Below are positions 25,430-39,240 of a DNA stretch of 64,000 nt, piece after piece. The DNA lies in assembly GCF_009834535.1 (NCBI RefSeq), contig NC_045697.1, positions 27,096,001 through 27,160,000 on the forward strand. Direction: 5' to 3'. The notes beneath the pieces were generated by a model that made no database searches, was not told the origin of the DNA, and saw only the letters and a program-made list of their open reading frames with translations. Both the position numbers and the translations under genes were made by a program. The number at the start of each line of letters is the position of its first letter. Positions within the stretch are counted from its first letter, which is position 1. Source of the stretch: Camelus ferus. Its lineage: Eukaryota.

Positions 25430-26640
25430 GGGGGGAGGGAGGCGGCGACAGCGCACCCGGTCCCCTGTGTCACGATCTTCCGCTCGCGGGGCCCTTGAGG
25501 AAAAGGGCAGGAAAGGGGTCCGCGGGGCTCCGAGGCGCTGGGCCCTGGCAGAAGCGCTCCCGAGGAAGGCAAGAGCAGGCCCGGTCCCTACACGCCACAC
25601 AGCTCAGAGGTGGGGGCAGGAGGTAACAGGTCCTCTGAGGAGCGGGCTAGAGGAGGGAAGGCGCGAGCAGGGCAGGAGGGAAGGGAGGGACGGGAGCCAT
25701 CGCCATGCGCCGCGCCCGGCCGAGCCACCCACTGACAACCAGATGTTCAGCGCCGGGATCCCGCGGCTGTGCCAGGACAAGGGCAGCTCGAGGCGCATCG
25801 GCGCTGCCGTCCGGATCCCTCCACTCCTCCCGCGCTCCCTGGCCGCGACGGGGCACTCACCCGGGGCCACCAGAGGCGAACTCACGGCACCACCCACGAA
25901 GACAGCAGCAGCTAGGACAGCGGACCCCGGGAGTCCTCGCGGAGCCATCGCCGCGTCCCTTCGCCGCGGGGCGCTGCGTTCCGGATTCCAGTAGGGTGTG
26001 CAGCTCTGGAGCCCGCGGGCGGGCGGATTAGAAGAGCTCAGCCTCCGCGCGCTGCGCACCCAGCCCCGCCGTGGGCCCTCCCCTCAGACCCCACCCACCT
26101 CGGCTCGGCCCAGCCCAGCCTCTCCGAGCCAAGCCCCGGGCCCCGCCTGCCCTGGAAGGAGGCCTATCCAGTGACCCCGCCCCCGGGCCCGCCCATCTCA
26201 GCCTGGTCCAGCCTCATCCTTCCTCACCCGCTTCCTTTCCAAGTCCGTCCGCCGCTCCAGCAGCCAGGGTTAGTCTATGGCCCCGCCCCTGGGCCCCGCC
26301 CGCCAGTCCTGGCCCCGCCCTCCAGCTCTAGCCCCGCCCACCTCGGCCAGGCTCCTGCTGGCGGCGCGCGGTGCTTCCCCTAGACCAGCTGCACCGTAGC
26401 CACCCAGATAAGCGCGGGAGCCCGGGGTCCGGACAGGGTCGCTGGTGCTCGTCCTCCCGGGCGCTGGGACCAGGCGGGCGTGGGAAGAGAAAAAGAGCCG
26501 GGCAGGAGGTTCTGGATGGGCAGACATGGCCAGTATTGGAATGGGCACGATCTTTTTTCTCTGTTGGCATCTCTATTCATGCTGGCATGCCCCTCGGTGA
26601 CTGGTCCAGGGAGGGGCGCAGCCGGGATATCAAGTTTCAG
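25430..26640. promoter_or_regulatory. CpG island / TATA-less RELL1 promoter with GC-box cluster
   Basis: Very high GC and CpG density. CCCGCC(C) Sp/KLF boxes at ~26064, 26141, 26175, 26187, 26281, 26294, 26313 and 26332, upstream of the ATG on the minus strand. Confidence 0.9.
25861..25948 (-). CDS. RELL1: RELT-like protein 1, first coding exon (signal-peptide-like N-terminus)
   Basis: The minus strand reads GCGGCG-ATG-G (strong Kozak context) then MAPRGLPGSAVLAAAVFVGGAVSSPLVAP+G. This matches my recollection of the human RELL1 N-terminus MAPRALPGSAVLAAAVFVGGAVSSPLVAPD. The 88 coding nt end at a canonical phase-1 donor G|GTGAGT (GT at 25860-25859), within a CpG island. Confidence 0.93.
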
Positions 26641-27564
26641 TGTTTGAAAATGAGAAAAGGCAAAAAGGCAAATTATTTTAATATTTCCACTTCCATTTAA
26701 GCTGTTCCTACTGGGGAAAACACACCTCTGCGTACGTCCAGGAACAAATTTTTTTTTAAATCGAGTGTTCACATTTCTCCTAGCAAATACTTCCACGAAG
26801 TAACCCTTCAAGTGCCCAGTCACTTATTATCTTCTTATGTCCTCAGCAGCTCTGTGAGGTGAGTAGTATCCTTAGTTTACAAGCCAGGGAGTAAACCCAC
26901 GATGGCCAGGCCACCGTGATAAATTGAAATTAGCTCGCCTTCATTGTGTTTGCTCACTGCTGCGCCTTCTGCTCCTGGTTCAATGACAGCACTCACTAAG
27001 TTAGAGGTCACAAGTGGTTTTTAAAGTTGAATCATCATCACAGGCACTGGTTGGACGCAGAGTCCTCCTCTGAGGAGTTCCCTCTTTAATGCCCTTTAGA
27101 GGCTCCTTCTGAAACAAGGTGGTCAGGCCTTGAACAATGGCCTAAGAACACCAGCAAGGGGAGGGAGTGGGCACTGGAGTTTTTCACAGAAGCAGGCTCT
27201 TCCTTGGCCTGTCAGCCTCAGATTCTCAAAGGAGGACTCTTTAATCTTCTCTCTGAGTCCTCTGCGCAGTCTACTAGACTCTCACAAACGTTTGCACTGA
27301 GGTGGGAATTTCCAGTGACAGAAGCTCAGACCACTACAGATGGCTTGGGCTGCAGGTTGAAGCCTTTGCCCTTTGAACCCAAAGGCTGGCACTGTGTGCC
27401 CTATGCACAGGTGTCCCCACATCCTGCAGTCTGGCAGGTAAGGCAGTTTTATGCCAACATAAAAAGAGAATGGCTGCAGGGGAAAGAGGTCCATGTGGGT
27501 CTTGAACTCAAAAAAGGGAAAAGTCCTGAGCCCAGAAACTAAACTATAAATTATAAGTTGTAGT

Positions 27565-27721
27565 CAGAACCAGCTACATAATTTGCAGAGATCCATGTAA
27601 AATAAAAATGCAAGGCCTTTTGTTCAAAAATTAGGAATGTCAAGGTGGTGATGGCCTGACATGGAGGCTATCTAAGCATGGGCCCCCGTGTACAGGTCAC
27701 ACACCTGTAAAACCAGCTCTG
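27565..27721. mobile_element. MER45A-like hAT-Tip100 MITE
   Basis: CCAGCTACATAATTTGCAG...AAAATGCAAGGCC.TTGTTCAAAAATT...ACAGGTCACACACC. Confidence 0.75.
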
Positions 27722-29601
27722 GAACTTAGAATGTACCAAAATTCTTGGACAAAGATACCTATTCAAAATGTAAAATATCATTTTTAAAATGAATGATGTT
27801 TCATTTTTTCCTACAAATTGAACTTACTATTAAAAAGACAGGACCATTTTAAACAACCTATTCAAATTGGATGTCTGCTTATGGCTCTCCAGAAATAAAA
27901 ATACAATCCAGTAATTAAAGCCAGAGGAAACCTTAGTAATTATCTACCACGCCCCTTATTTTACAGATGAGAGATAGTTAAGTGACTTGCCTGGTATCTC
28001 ATTGCTAGTATGAGCCAGGGTTGGAAACCAAGGCTCTAAAATTTCCCTTCTCAGACTTTTCCATAACACTTAGCTGCTTGACACGTACTCTCTACAGATA
28101 TTTCACTGTCACACAATCTCATATATATGCACATCTTATCAATGGAGGGAGGGACAAAGGAAAGAAGGAAGGAAGGAAAGAAAATCAAGTTTAAATTATT
28201 TTCCAGGTACTTAACCCTACAGATTTGCTTACAAGATTAAAAAAGTCCCACATAGGCATATTTAAAAGCCATTGCTTATTGTTTTATTTTAAATGTGATC
28301 AAGGTTCTCATTCACATGAGGAAAAGGATGTCATATTTCTTCTGAGGGAATTAAAATTTAACATCACAAGACTAAATGATCTTCCCATTTTTTCAGAAAT
28401 AAAGTTAAAGGATCATAGGTGGAAATAGTTGTAACATTAGCAGTCCTTTATCTCCTAAATTTAGCCCAGTCCTGGGGCAAGCACTTTCCCTGTGTTCCAT
28501 CATCAAATCCTCACAGTTATATATCTTGGGAAGTATTGTCACTGATCCTCACTTCAAAGCTGAGGAGACTAGAATTTGAGGGATTAAGGCACTCACCCAA
28601 GTCACACAGCTGTTCTGGGTGCTGCCAAGACTCAAATCCAGGGTCAGCTCACTCCAGGCCTACCCTTGAACTTCTGTCTATATGCTTCTGCCGCTGAAAT
28701 GCAGAATACTAGCCATTTAGCTCTCCTTTTCCATTATAAAGTCTTAATCTGTCATTTTTTTTTTTACTTATCCTGGTTTCTTTGAATTCTGTGTCAACAG
28801 CTGCTTACATGCATTTTTTTTCAAGGAAAATTATTTATTTATAGGAATGTACTATAAATGTGAGTTCCCAGGAATCACATATACAAAATTATACAATTTT
28901 CATAAATTGTGTTTTGCTTTGTTTCCAGTTTCTCTGTAAGCATTCAGTTAATCATTTCCCTTGGTAGAAACCTTTCCTGTTTTCCTCTGTGCTGCTAAGG
29001 TGGTAATTTTCATCACCGTCATTTAAATGTGTGAGGTTCAGTTGGCTGGTATTTATTCTAATTAAGTTGCAAATACTTCCACAGAAGGTCTGTGTAGAAT
29101 TTCTTCTTTCTGTGATTTAGATGTAGTCATCTTTCCGTTCGAGAGGTTATATCCAGGAGAGAAGCCTACAGTTCTTTGAAAAATACATTTGCAGGGGATA
29201 TCAAATGATATTTTATAAAATCTAAATCTATTTTGATCTGACAGCAAGCATGCACTGTCTTCCTGGTACTGGGCTGAGGGTAGGAGGTTGGGGAGGAGAG
29301 TCGTTATATATGTAACAATAGATCCTAACCTTGCTTACAGAAGTTTTTCAGAGGTACCTGGGAGAAAGGAAACAACTGCATGATGAAATGGAAATGGTCA
29401 AGGCCCAGGGGTCTGGGATAAAGCTGTGCCAATGACTTACACAGTGACTTTCAGCAGCTTCTCCCAGGTCAGTCTTCTTCCCCATACAATGCAGGAAGGC
29501 GACAGGATGATTTCTAAACTTTCCCATCCAGCCCTAAGACTCTACACCATACTGAGTATTAAGATGATAGGGCGCATGGTGCCAACGTCAGGCTTTCAAC
29601 G

Positions 29602-29797
29602 TAGGGTTTCTCAACATTATTGACATTAGTGGACTGGATAATTCTTTGTTGGGGGCTGTTTTGTGCTCTGTAGGATGACCTCTACCAACTAAATGCCAGT
29701 AGCAGTCTTTCTTCCCTCAGCCGAGACAACCAAAAACATTTTCCAATATTACCGAATGTGCCCTGGGGGTAAAAGCACTCCTTGTTGAGAACCACTG
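29602..29797. mobile_element. MER20 hAT MITE
   Basis: GGTTTCTCAAC...GGATAATTCTTTGTTG...ATGCCAGTAGCA...GACAACCAAAAA...GTTGAGAACCACTG. Confidence 0.85.
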
Positions 29798-32700
29798 GGC
29801 TCTAGGAAGTCCAAAACCAAAAGGACTGCAACTGGACTCTCTGAGCAAGGCTTCATGGAGCAGGTGCAACGTAGGCTAAGCTGAAAGAAGGGCAGGGATT
29901 AGTGGAGAGGTGGAGAAGGGTGTGAGCACATGTGCAGTGACAGAGTTAGTACATGCAGGCTGCACCGTGATGCATATGCATGAGGGGAAGGGGCAGAGGA
30001 GCACGGGTCAACAATAACTGTGGGCGGAGCTGAGCCTGGTGGTCAATACAAGGAGAACTGAGAACTTTAAATGCCCAGAAACCGTCATCAATTATACCAA
30101 AAGAGATTTATTTTTTAGGGATGCTAAGATTCAATTGTTCAATTAGATATTTTTCATCATAACTCAGGAAGTTGCAAATAGAGAAGTCCTAATTTTGCCA
30201 ACATGGTCAGTAGACCTCAGAAGAATCCGATCGCGAGGTTAGCAGTGGTGTCCATAATCTCTGCCTCATTCCTGACCAGGTCAAGTTTTGTCTCATGGGC
30301 ACACCGTCCCCTGAAAATTGCATGTAAGTAACTAAGACCATTTGCTGCTAGAGCCTTAAAATCAGGTGGATTGATATGGCTGGTTATATGGTTTTTCTCT
30401 GTGAAGAAGAAGAGAGAATTATAGTGAAGAATCACATGATTCCGGCTCAATAAAACCCACAAATGCACATTTTGGAGGACAAACCTTACAAAGTACAAGG
30501 TGTCTTATCTTAGGCAAGCTTCCTTTTGATTGCAATCAGCAGAAACGTAAACACTAGCTTAAAATACTGTAAATTTATGATAATTTATGATACAGATACA
30601 AAAAGAGCCAAGCCTCAAGCTCTCAAGCAAATCAGAACCGGGGATCATAGAGAATAAATGCAGGATGTGTGGCTCCCCCCACATGTCTCTGGGCTACCCC
30701 ACAGTTCTTACTTCTACTCTCAGCTAGTATAGATTTCCTTTCTGTCTCTCTGTCTCTCTTTTTATCTCTATTTCTCTCTCTTTCTGCTATTTGCTTACTT
30801 ATTGCTTATTGATCTTGGCCAGGGCCTCCCATGGCTGCTTCACATCCAGGACCTGTTCAGCACGTCCTCCACTGTGGATCAGTGTCCTGTGTCTCAGGAG
30901 AACGTGGGGATGCCACGTGTAGGGACTCTGAGTGTGGCTGAGTATCCTAGTCAGGGCTGTTGGACATGGTCCTCACGCCGACTGATAGATTCCATATAGG
31001 GAAGTATCATGGAAGCAGAATAGAGGCAAGACTGTCCTAAAGAAAGAAGTCCGCATCAAATGCGCAGAGTAGTCCAGTAACATAGGACTGAAAAAGTTAT
31101 CCTCCAAGTCAGCGGGGAGGTTACAGAGGACTCTTGTGGAAAGACATTAAGTGCAGAGGATGAAGAAGTGGGGATAGTTGGGGAGAGTTCCTTATCAGAA
31201 GCCTGACTGAGAGAGAAGAGGGGTGGCTGTTAGAGAGGGATCTTGGGAGTCAAGAGAAGGTCTTCATGGAATGGAATTGATTATTTAGGACAACTGGCAC
31301 GTGCACAGAGAGGAAGATGTGAGGAAAGGGATAAGTAATGTCACAAGGTCTTGCTGGGATCAAGAGTGTAGGGGTTGTTGGCCTTGAATGAATAGCAGAC
31401 ACCTGGTGCTTTGAAACTGAAGGGAAAAGGCCAAAGAAAGGCACCAATGTGAATATAATTGCAGGTGAGAAATAGAAAGTTGAGGAGGTTCACATTGATG
31501 GAGGCAAATCCATCCTTTGACAATGGAAGGGTTGGGAATGATGCAAGGGTTTTGAAGAGACCATGATTGGAGCCATCAGTACAGATGTCTGAGCCATGTA
31601 CCACACAGGCACCATAAATTAACTTATCCCAGAATGTGAAACGAGATCAACAGTTTGAAAAGCAGAGGAGAGCCTCCTGCATATAAGCGCACGCTGCACA
31701 CAAGGCCAGCACACACCTGGAAAAGTACATGTGTACACTCTCACTGGTGCTCACACTTAAACACACATTCACGTGTGCACACGCATGCATGACTGTGTCC
31801 TATGTCAGTCATTCTCTGAGGATCCCTGAAGTTTCTTCTTTCACCTGAAGATGCCTGCCTGATGAGTGCCAACCAGACTCCAACCCTACTCCTCTTTCCC
31901 TGGGGATGTGAGGAATGTACGGGCTGCTGACACTGTGAGGACCCAAGGTCTGGGAGGGGGTGGCGCAGGTTGTAAGAATTTGGGCACATACATGTGTGCA
32001 GCCAAAGATGCTTCCCCCTGGGACTCTGGAAATCCCATTTCCCTCATTCCCCAAGGCAGAGCTGTCCAGATTGTGCTATAACAGCAGATTAAACTAACTG
32101 GAGGAAGGGGTATTTTTTGCTAATTCTCAGAGATTTTGAGAGTAGTAAAAATTTGCATGATCCCTGAAGGGAACGGGAGAGCCTTCCAGTGTATGCACTG
32201 CTGCGCATCATGGAGGGTACAGCTGGGGTTACAGCCCATGAATTTTTCATGGACCTATCTGCTCGATTGAGTGATGCTCTGTAACTGTGCTTAGTAGCCC
32301 AGGGATAAGAATGAAGAATGCAGTTGAGGAGAAGGATCCCAGTTTAGGGTTTTTCCTGGAAAAGCATACCATCTTAGAGGTTTTTCAAGGCTTTAGGCAG
32401 CTTTTAAGTATCAGGGGTTGAGGTGATAATCTTCAGTGTAGGCTGGTTAGGACACAGAGGGCTGATCTACAGAGAGAAATTGAGGGGTCTGGTGGTGCCT
32501 GCAGTGTGTGGAGCTGGGTGGAGAGGATGAGAGAGCTGCAGGATGGGAGGGCCCTTTCTCAACATCGCCCAGATGCTGCCAATTTCTTTGGAACTCTGAG
32601 AATCCCATATGGGGCGTTCCGTTGCCAAGACCCATGGTCGGTAACAAGAATTCTCCCTGTCTTACTTTCATCACAGCCAAAAGTTAGTCTGTGTGGCTGG

Positions 32701-33981
32701 CTCTTACTACCTGCTGCCACAAACTCTGCCCCTCTGTGGGGGTTAATCTCACCACATCCCGAGTTCTGTGTGGACCACCACACCCCAGATAGCTCCCACC
32801 TGTGTGATGTCCAGAAAGATAGCATGTGGGCCTTTTGACATCAAGGATTTTCCTGAAATGGCTGCACAAAACCAGAAAGAAGATAAGAAAAAGAGGAACT
32901 TGAGGACATCACAAAGATTACACAATCTTACAAAGTGTTTATATAGTTTAAGGCAGACTCTACATGTTGTATGAGTTAATCCCATGATTATTTCTAACTA
33001 GAGGAAATAACACAACTTAGCTGAAACACCAGTCTGCCCTGTTGTCTATCTTCCTTCATTCCTTCCTTTCTCTGTTTTTTTCTTTCTATAGCTCCCTTCA
33101 CAATGTGGACTTCTTTCTATTTCCTAGATCTCTCATTATTGCTTTACTTAAAGTGAATGCTTCAGCCATGTTGGTCTACTTTCAAGTTCACCAGAGACCC
33201 CGTAAATATTCCTACCTGCTCCTTCCTCATCATCTGTCACCCTTCAGTGTCCTGTGTGCTCTTCACCTTTAGGGATCAGTTCATGTCCCAACCCTTCCAT
33301 AAACCCTATTCTTAACCATGCCTGTCACCGGTTGCCATTCTGTCCCAAAATTGAGCAACTTGCATTTCATTGTATTTTGTTACTTACTGATCTGTGAGAT
33401 GCCCCATCCTTCTAACTAGACTGAAAGATTGCTGAGGATACCAACAATGTTTTATGTGAGTAACAGGGGCCCAGAGAAGTAGAATTTTAAAAAGGAGATC
33501 AGCACATTATCTACCTAGATACTGAGGCCATAAGTCCTTTTGAAAGAGATATTCCCTAGTAAGGAGTGTGGAAGGGGTAACTTGAGTATGCCCCACTGAC
33601 CCAGGATAAGGATGACTACACTTCTGTGGCCTGAACCAAGGTTCCTTCCAACCCTGTGGGAAACAGGGCTAGTAACTACAATGTAGTGGGCAAGTTCACA
33701 GAGGGGCATCTCTTTGGGGAAAAGGGACCCCAACATTTCTCATACTTTAATATGAGTATATAAAACAACTGAGGATCTTGTCAAAATGCTGATTCTTATT
33801 TAGTAGGTCTCAGATGGAGCCTGGGTTTTTGCATTACTAACAATCTCAGAGATTGACAGTGTGGCCATGAGCCACACTTTGAATAACAAGCATCTACACT
33901 TCAAGCTACACGTTTGAGAGTCAACATTATGAGAAACCATTTTATGGATCAGGATCGTTCCCAGTGAGGTCCTTGGGCAAG

Positions 33982-34250
33982 TGTATTAGATACCTATTGC
34001 TCTGCAACAAAATCATCACAAGCTTAGTGCCTTAAAACAGCACACATTTATTATCTCATTGTTTCTGAGGGTCTGGAATCCAGATATGAATTAATTGGAT
34101 CCGCTTCAGGGTCTCTCATGAGGCTACAATCAAATAGTTGACAAATTGAGAATGAGGTCTCATCTGAAGGCTCAAGTGGGGAAAGATCCCATTTCAAGCT
34201 CCTGTGGGTTTTGGCAGGAATCAATTCTTTATGGCATGTTGGCCCCAAAC
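33982..34250 (-). mobile_element. MLT1-type MaLR LTR fragment
   Basis: TGTATTAG...CTTAAAACAGCACACATTTATTATCTCA..GTTTCTGAGGGTC...CAGGGTCTCTCATGAGG. Confidence 0.75.
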
Positions 34251-34708
34251 CTCAAACATTTGTACTTAATTTTTTTTCTCTAGCAACTAAATAGTTCATG
34301 CTCATTGAAAAAAATGTGGAAAAATTGAAAAACCAACATAAGCTAATTGCTAAGAAATTACAATGCTGAGTATATTTTGGTGTCATATGGTATTGGTGGT
34401 TGTTTTTTTTAACTAGTATCATTAGCATTTTTCTCGTGTCATTGTATGGTCTCTACAAATATGATTTTAGTGACTGTAAACCATTCACTGTTCTCTTACT
34501 ATGGACCTCTACATTAATTTTTGTAATAATGCCATGAGAAACAATTTGGTTCATTAACCATTAGCAGCAGATCTACCTTTTAAAGGATGCATTTCCAGAA
34601 GTGACTGTAAAGATTTTTAATGTTCTTCTAAGAATAAATAAAGCCTCATTTTATCCAGGCTTGTGCAAGGATGCTTCATAGTTCTTTTTACTGAATAGAC
34701 CTTCTAAG

Positions 34709-34901
34709 GCAGTGCTGTCCAAAGGAACTTTTGTTGATGACAAAACTATTCCATATCTGCAATAGCATATGTGGCTATTAAACACTTGAAACATGGCTAG
34801 TGAGCGTGAGGAACTGAATGTTAAATTTTATCTTGTTTTAATTAATTTAAATCAAATTTAAATAGATGCATGTGGCTAGTAGTGACCATATTGGACAGTA
34901 C
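34709..34901. mobile_element. MER3 hAT MITE
   Basis: CAGTGCTGTCCAA...ATGTGGCTATT...GAGGAACTGAAT...ATGTGGCTAGT...ATATTGGACAG inverted termini. Confidence 0.85.
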
Positions 34902-36430
34902 AATGGGGGAAAGCAGACTATATTGATATTGTCTCTGGTGTTTTCAAGTAATATTTTTAAAATCTTTGGTTTAAGTGCAAAATCCACATTTTCTCTTATT
35001 ACTGGTGATTGAAACTTTAATGTTTAAGCTATAGCTCCCCTCCATTGCCCCTTACTGAGTTTAATAATAGGCTTTGATAAATGACAGTATAAACATGGTA
35101 TTCAACAACCTAGACAACTTGTACCTTTACAGAAGTTGTGTGATTTTAATCACCACAAAGGAGCTACAGACACTTAAGAAACTATGTTTGACAAAGAACA
35201 ATTGTGTTATTCAGATTTTCAGAAGTAGCTGGAGAAGTAATCAAAATATGAGATGATTCAGAGCACCAGAGAGATCTGAAAGACAAATTACCCCAGAGGG
35301 TTGCTAAGTGTTCTGGAAAAGGAAGCATAAAAATCAGTTCACTTTATGGTTCTTAGTTCACATCTGAAAAAAGTTAAATGAAACTTTGGTTCATGTTTGG
35401 GAGGAAACTTACCAAATTATACATTTTCAGGAAAAAGTTGCCTCTGAGCTATGATCTTACCAAATTCACACATATTTCAGTCCCATCACCAACTGCTTCG
35501 CTGTTGATTCAGCCAACATCAGCAAAGAGCTCAGAATCATCTTACATGCTCCCGTTGTGAATGCTCTTCCTGCCTCCTACCCTTTTGTCTTCCACAATGT
35601 GGCTTCTGCTCATTTTCCAAATCCCTAACAAGTTAGAAGTCAGTATTCATTGCACTCCTAACTTGTTATTCGCTATCTATCTTCTCCTCTACCCTAGAAA
35701 CTCCCTGAGATTGGAAATCACGGCTCAGGTTGTCTTCTTCATGTTGCTGTATCTGCAGTGCCAAGTAGATAGGTAGGTAGGTAGACGGATAGATGATATA
35801 TACATACATGGGAGATATAGATAGATATAGTTGGTGCTCCATAAATATTTAACAAATGTGTGAATGAATTTAATCTTCACAACTACCCTGTGAGGAACAG
35901 GTTTTCACTTCCATTGTGGATGAGGAAACTGAGGCTCAGAGAGTACAACACTTGCTCCGGGTCTCACAGCTACAAGGTGGGAGACGTGGGATTTGAACCC
36001 AGGTATCCAACCCCAAGTCAGGAGTTCTCTTCATTCCATGGGAGTTGCTCCCTCGTTCTCCTCCTCTAGGCTGGCACTGAAGAGCCAGTCTGTTCCCCTA
36101 GTCAAAGAGATACATGACCGATGGAAGCAATTCCAGTAAGGACCAGGCTGCAGTGGGAAACAGATGCAGCCATGGAAGAGATAAATGCAGGAATAGAGCT
36201 GTCTCTAGAGCCAAAGGCTCTTCTCCTTCACAGAGAATTACCACGCTCACTCCAATCTGAGAAAATAAGGCCACGGCCTGCAGCCTCCTTTCTTTGTAAT
36301 AGATATCAGAGCTCAATTTAACCACCTTAAAGACATCCACATGGAGGACTATGAAACGTCAGTAATTAGCATTGTCTTACTACTACCCCATGAATTCTGC
36401 TTTAAACAACCAAATTATGTGGCTCTTTAC

Positions 36431-36763
36431 ACAGCCATACCTCGATATCCGTAGGGGATTGTTTCCCAGACCCCACGGACACCAAACTCAAGGATGCTAA
36501 AGTCCCTTACATAGAACGGCATAGTATTTGCATACAACCTACACAGATCCTCCCGATCATCTCTAGATTACTTATAATATCTAACACAATGTAAATCTAT
36601 GTGAATAGTTGTAAATACACTGTAAGTGTTATATGGTTGCTGGGCATGTGACAAATTCAGGTTTTGCTTTTTGGAAATTTCCAGAAATTTTTTTTCAAAT
36701 ATTTTCAATCCACGGTTGGTTGAATCCATGGATGTAGAACCCAAGGACACAAAGGGGTGGCTG
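36431..36763. mobile_element. MER2-type Tigger element
   Basis: ATATCCGTAGGGGATTG...GGATGCTAAAGTCCCTTA...CATCTCTAGATTACTTATAATA...GGTTGGTTGAATCCATGGATG. Confidence 0.85.
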
Positions 36764-37002
36764 TATAACAACATATTTCACCAAATTAGAATGAGAATGA
36801 ATTTTAGATACACCTTTTTTCTGCAGTCTCTTTTCTCAGATATGGGAAGTGAGGTTCAGAGAAGTGGGAAGACATGCCCAAGACGCACAGCACTAAGGTG
36901 AGAACAAAGCAATCACGCGCCTCTGTCTGGTGGCCTGTCCATTCTACTGGTGATTATATGTTCTTCTCTTTCTTTAATTCAAAGATTTTATTCATAATAA
37001 GT

Positions 37003-37430
37003 GTTTCTGGTTGCTAGGGCTTCTGTAATAACAAAGTACCACAAACTCTATGTCTTACGATAACAAAAATTTATTCTCTCACAGTCTGGAGGCTAGAAGT
37101 CTGAAATCAAGGTGTTGGCAGGGCCATGCTTCATTCTAAGCCTCTAGGGGAGGATCCTTCCTTACCTCTTGCAGCTTCTGGTAGTCCCAGACTTTCCTGG
37201 GTTTGTGACAGCATTACTCTCTGCCTCCATCTCTGCATCTCTGTGGCTACATCGTGTCTCTTCCTCTTGTCCTCTTCCTCTGGGACACCACTCATATTGG
37301 TCACACTGTACTCAAGCATAGCTTCATCTCGACTAATTACATGTACAATGACTCTGTTTCCAAATAAGATCACGCTCTGAGGTAGCAGGGATTGAGCATA
37401 TCTTTTTGATAAACACAATTCAACCCATAA
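37003..37430 (-). mobile_element. MLT1B/C-type MaLR solo LTR
   Basis: AACAAAGTACCACAAACT...TTTATTCTCTCACAG.CTGGAGGCTAGAAGTCTGAAATCAAGGTGTTGGCAGGGCCATGCT...CACAATTCAACCCATAA. Confidence 0.85.
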
Positions 37431-37449
37431 AAATAAATATCCAAAAATG

Positions 37450-38150
37450 GTTTACTTATGGGCACAGTTCTAACTCAAAGTGACCAGTGTAACCAGTGCC
37501 CAGATCAGGAAACAGAACATGACCAGCACCCCAGAGTCCTCTCACGCTCTCTTCTATCACTTGCCTCCACTGTCACCAGTAACCACTATCATGCCTAACA
37601 AAATGGATTTGCTTTTTTAAACTCATAATTCACAAATGTATTATCATACCATAAAATTTATATTTTGAAGCATAAAATTCAGCAGTTTTTAACATATTCA
37701 CAGCATTGTGCAGCCATCACCACTATCTAATTCCAGAATATTTTCATCATCTCTAAAAGAAACCTCACACCCACTAGGAGCCATTCCTACCACCTGCTTT
37801 GCTGGCCCCAGCCTCTGATAACCATGATCTACCGTCTGTTTGTATTGATTTACCTCTTCTGAACTTCCATTTCGCATTAATGGAATCATACAATATATGT
37901 CTGGCTTCTTTCATGTTGTATAATGTTTTCAAGACTCATCCATGTTGTAGCATGTATCAATATTTCACTGCTTTTTATGGCAATAATATTCTATTGTATC
38001 AATATACCACATTTGGGCATTCTTCAGATGACAGACATTTGTGTTGTTTCCTTTTTTCAGTTATTATGAATAATGCTGCTATAAACATTCTAGTATATGT
38101 TTCATGTGGATATATATTTTCACTTCTCTTGGGTTTGTACTTGTATGTTT
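37450..38150 (-). mobile_element. L1 3' UTR fragments (L1MB/L1MC/L1ME-type)
   Basis: CAGCCATCACCACTATCTAATTCCAGAATATTTTCATCA...CATCCATGTTGTAGCATGTATCA...ATGAATAATGCTGCTATAAACATT. Confidence 0.8.
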
Positions 38151-39046
38151 TTCTGCCCTAATCATCCGGCATAGTTCAAGGTTTTTTGGTGGATATCAGT
38201 CGGCTGACTACAAGTTAAAAAGCAACCCTAGCCTCTGAAAAGGCTCTCCTACATTCTCCTACATCAGGGAATAATATGGACACTTGAGAGAACTGTAGCT
38301 CTCCTGTGTTTGATCTCCATTGTCTCTTTATATTCATCCTTCCAGGTAGTTAATGATCATCTGCTTTTCCACATCAGTGTTTGTGCAGGAAGCAGCACGC
38401 TGCTCATGTGCTCAGAAAATGTTATCTGGGGTCACAGTGAAACGGCATGTGCTTTAAACAACAAAATGAAATATTTTGGAAACTGTTGATTTTGGAAAAA
38501 AAAAAAACTGCAGGAAACAAAGCATATACCCATCATTCTCCCCAGTGAGGACAACAAAGAAGTACAGCATTTGCAAGATACCCTCGGCTCTGCTCTCTAC
38601 ACATGACCACAACGATATGGACATAGAAATAGAGGCATGCTTCTAACTCTCTCTCTTTACTTTTTATGTTTTGAAAGAGTGGTTCCTTAGTTAGATAGAC
38701 AGGTAGGTAGGTAGGTAGATCGATAGCTAGATAAATTCTTTTGAATGAACGTATAGCATACTAGATATAAAGAATAATAAAATGGTTATATGTATACCTA
38801 CCAACCCAACTTAAGAAATAGAATATTATCAAAACTGTTGAAGTCTTTCTACCTTCCCCAATGAATTCGCCATGCTGGATTTTGCAATACTTTGTTATAA
38901 TTTTACTACATTTGTATGTATCTCTAAACAATATAGTTTTGTAGCTCTTTGAATTTTATATAAAACAGTATCCTATTGCTTGTATTCTTCTGCCATTTGC
39001 TTTTTTCATTCAATCTTATGTTTATAAGATTAATCCATATTGATAC

Positions 39047-39240
39047 TTTTTTCCTTCTAGAAGTTTTATGGTTTCAAGTCTTACAATTAAGTCTTTAATC
39101 CATTTTCAGTCCTCAATTATGATATATGATATGAGAAAGTAATCGAGTTTGATTCTTTTTTTTTAACGAAGGTACTGAGGATTGAATCCAGGACTTTGTG
39201 CATGCTAAACATGCGCTCTACCAGAGCTATACCCTCCCCC
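39047..39240 (-). mobile_element. Composite retro-insertion: tRNA-Ala SINE + ~110 nt of L1 ORF2 sequence
   Basis: SINE at ~39156-39240 followed on the minus strand by an L1 ORF2 segment. Flanking repeat CCAT(A/G)TTGATAC at 39035-39046 and 39240-39251. Confidence 0.8.

Larger units (their letters stand above)
1..25860 (-). other. RELL1: RELL1 intron 1 (continues beyond the window start)
   Basis: Begins at the GTGAGT donor. No sequence encoding the expected exon 2 (D-N-G-S..., TM helix ...YIAYALVPVFFIMG..., KKKGYRC) is seen in the minus-strand ORFs. Confidence 0.75.

Noticed and set aside
25604..26059. 151-aa ORF spanning RELL1 exon 1 (GTG-started extension plus intron read-through)
   Set aside because: Only 25861-25948 matches RELL1. 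The rest is 5'UTR and intron left open because GC-rich DNA is stop-poor, and the GTG context is weak.
25362..26823. Several long overlapping ORFs on both strands (up to 210 aa)
   Set aside because: Low-complexity Arg/Gly/Pro/Ala products typical of CpG islands, with no recognisable family.
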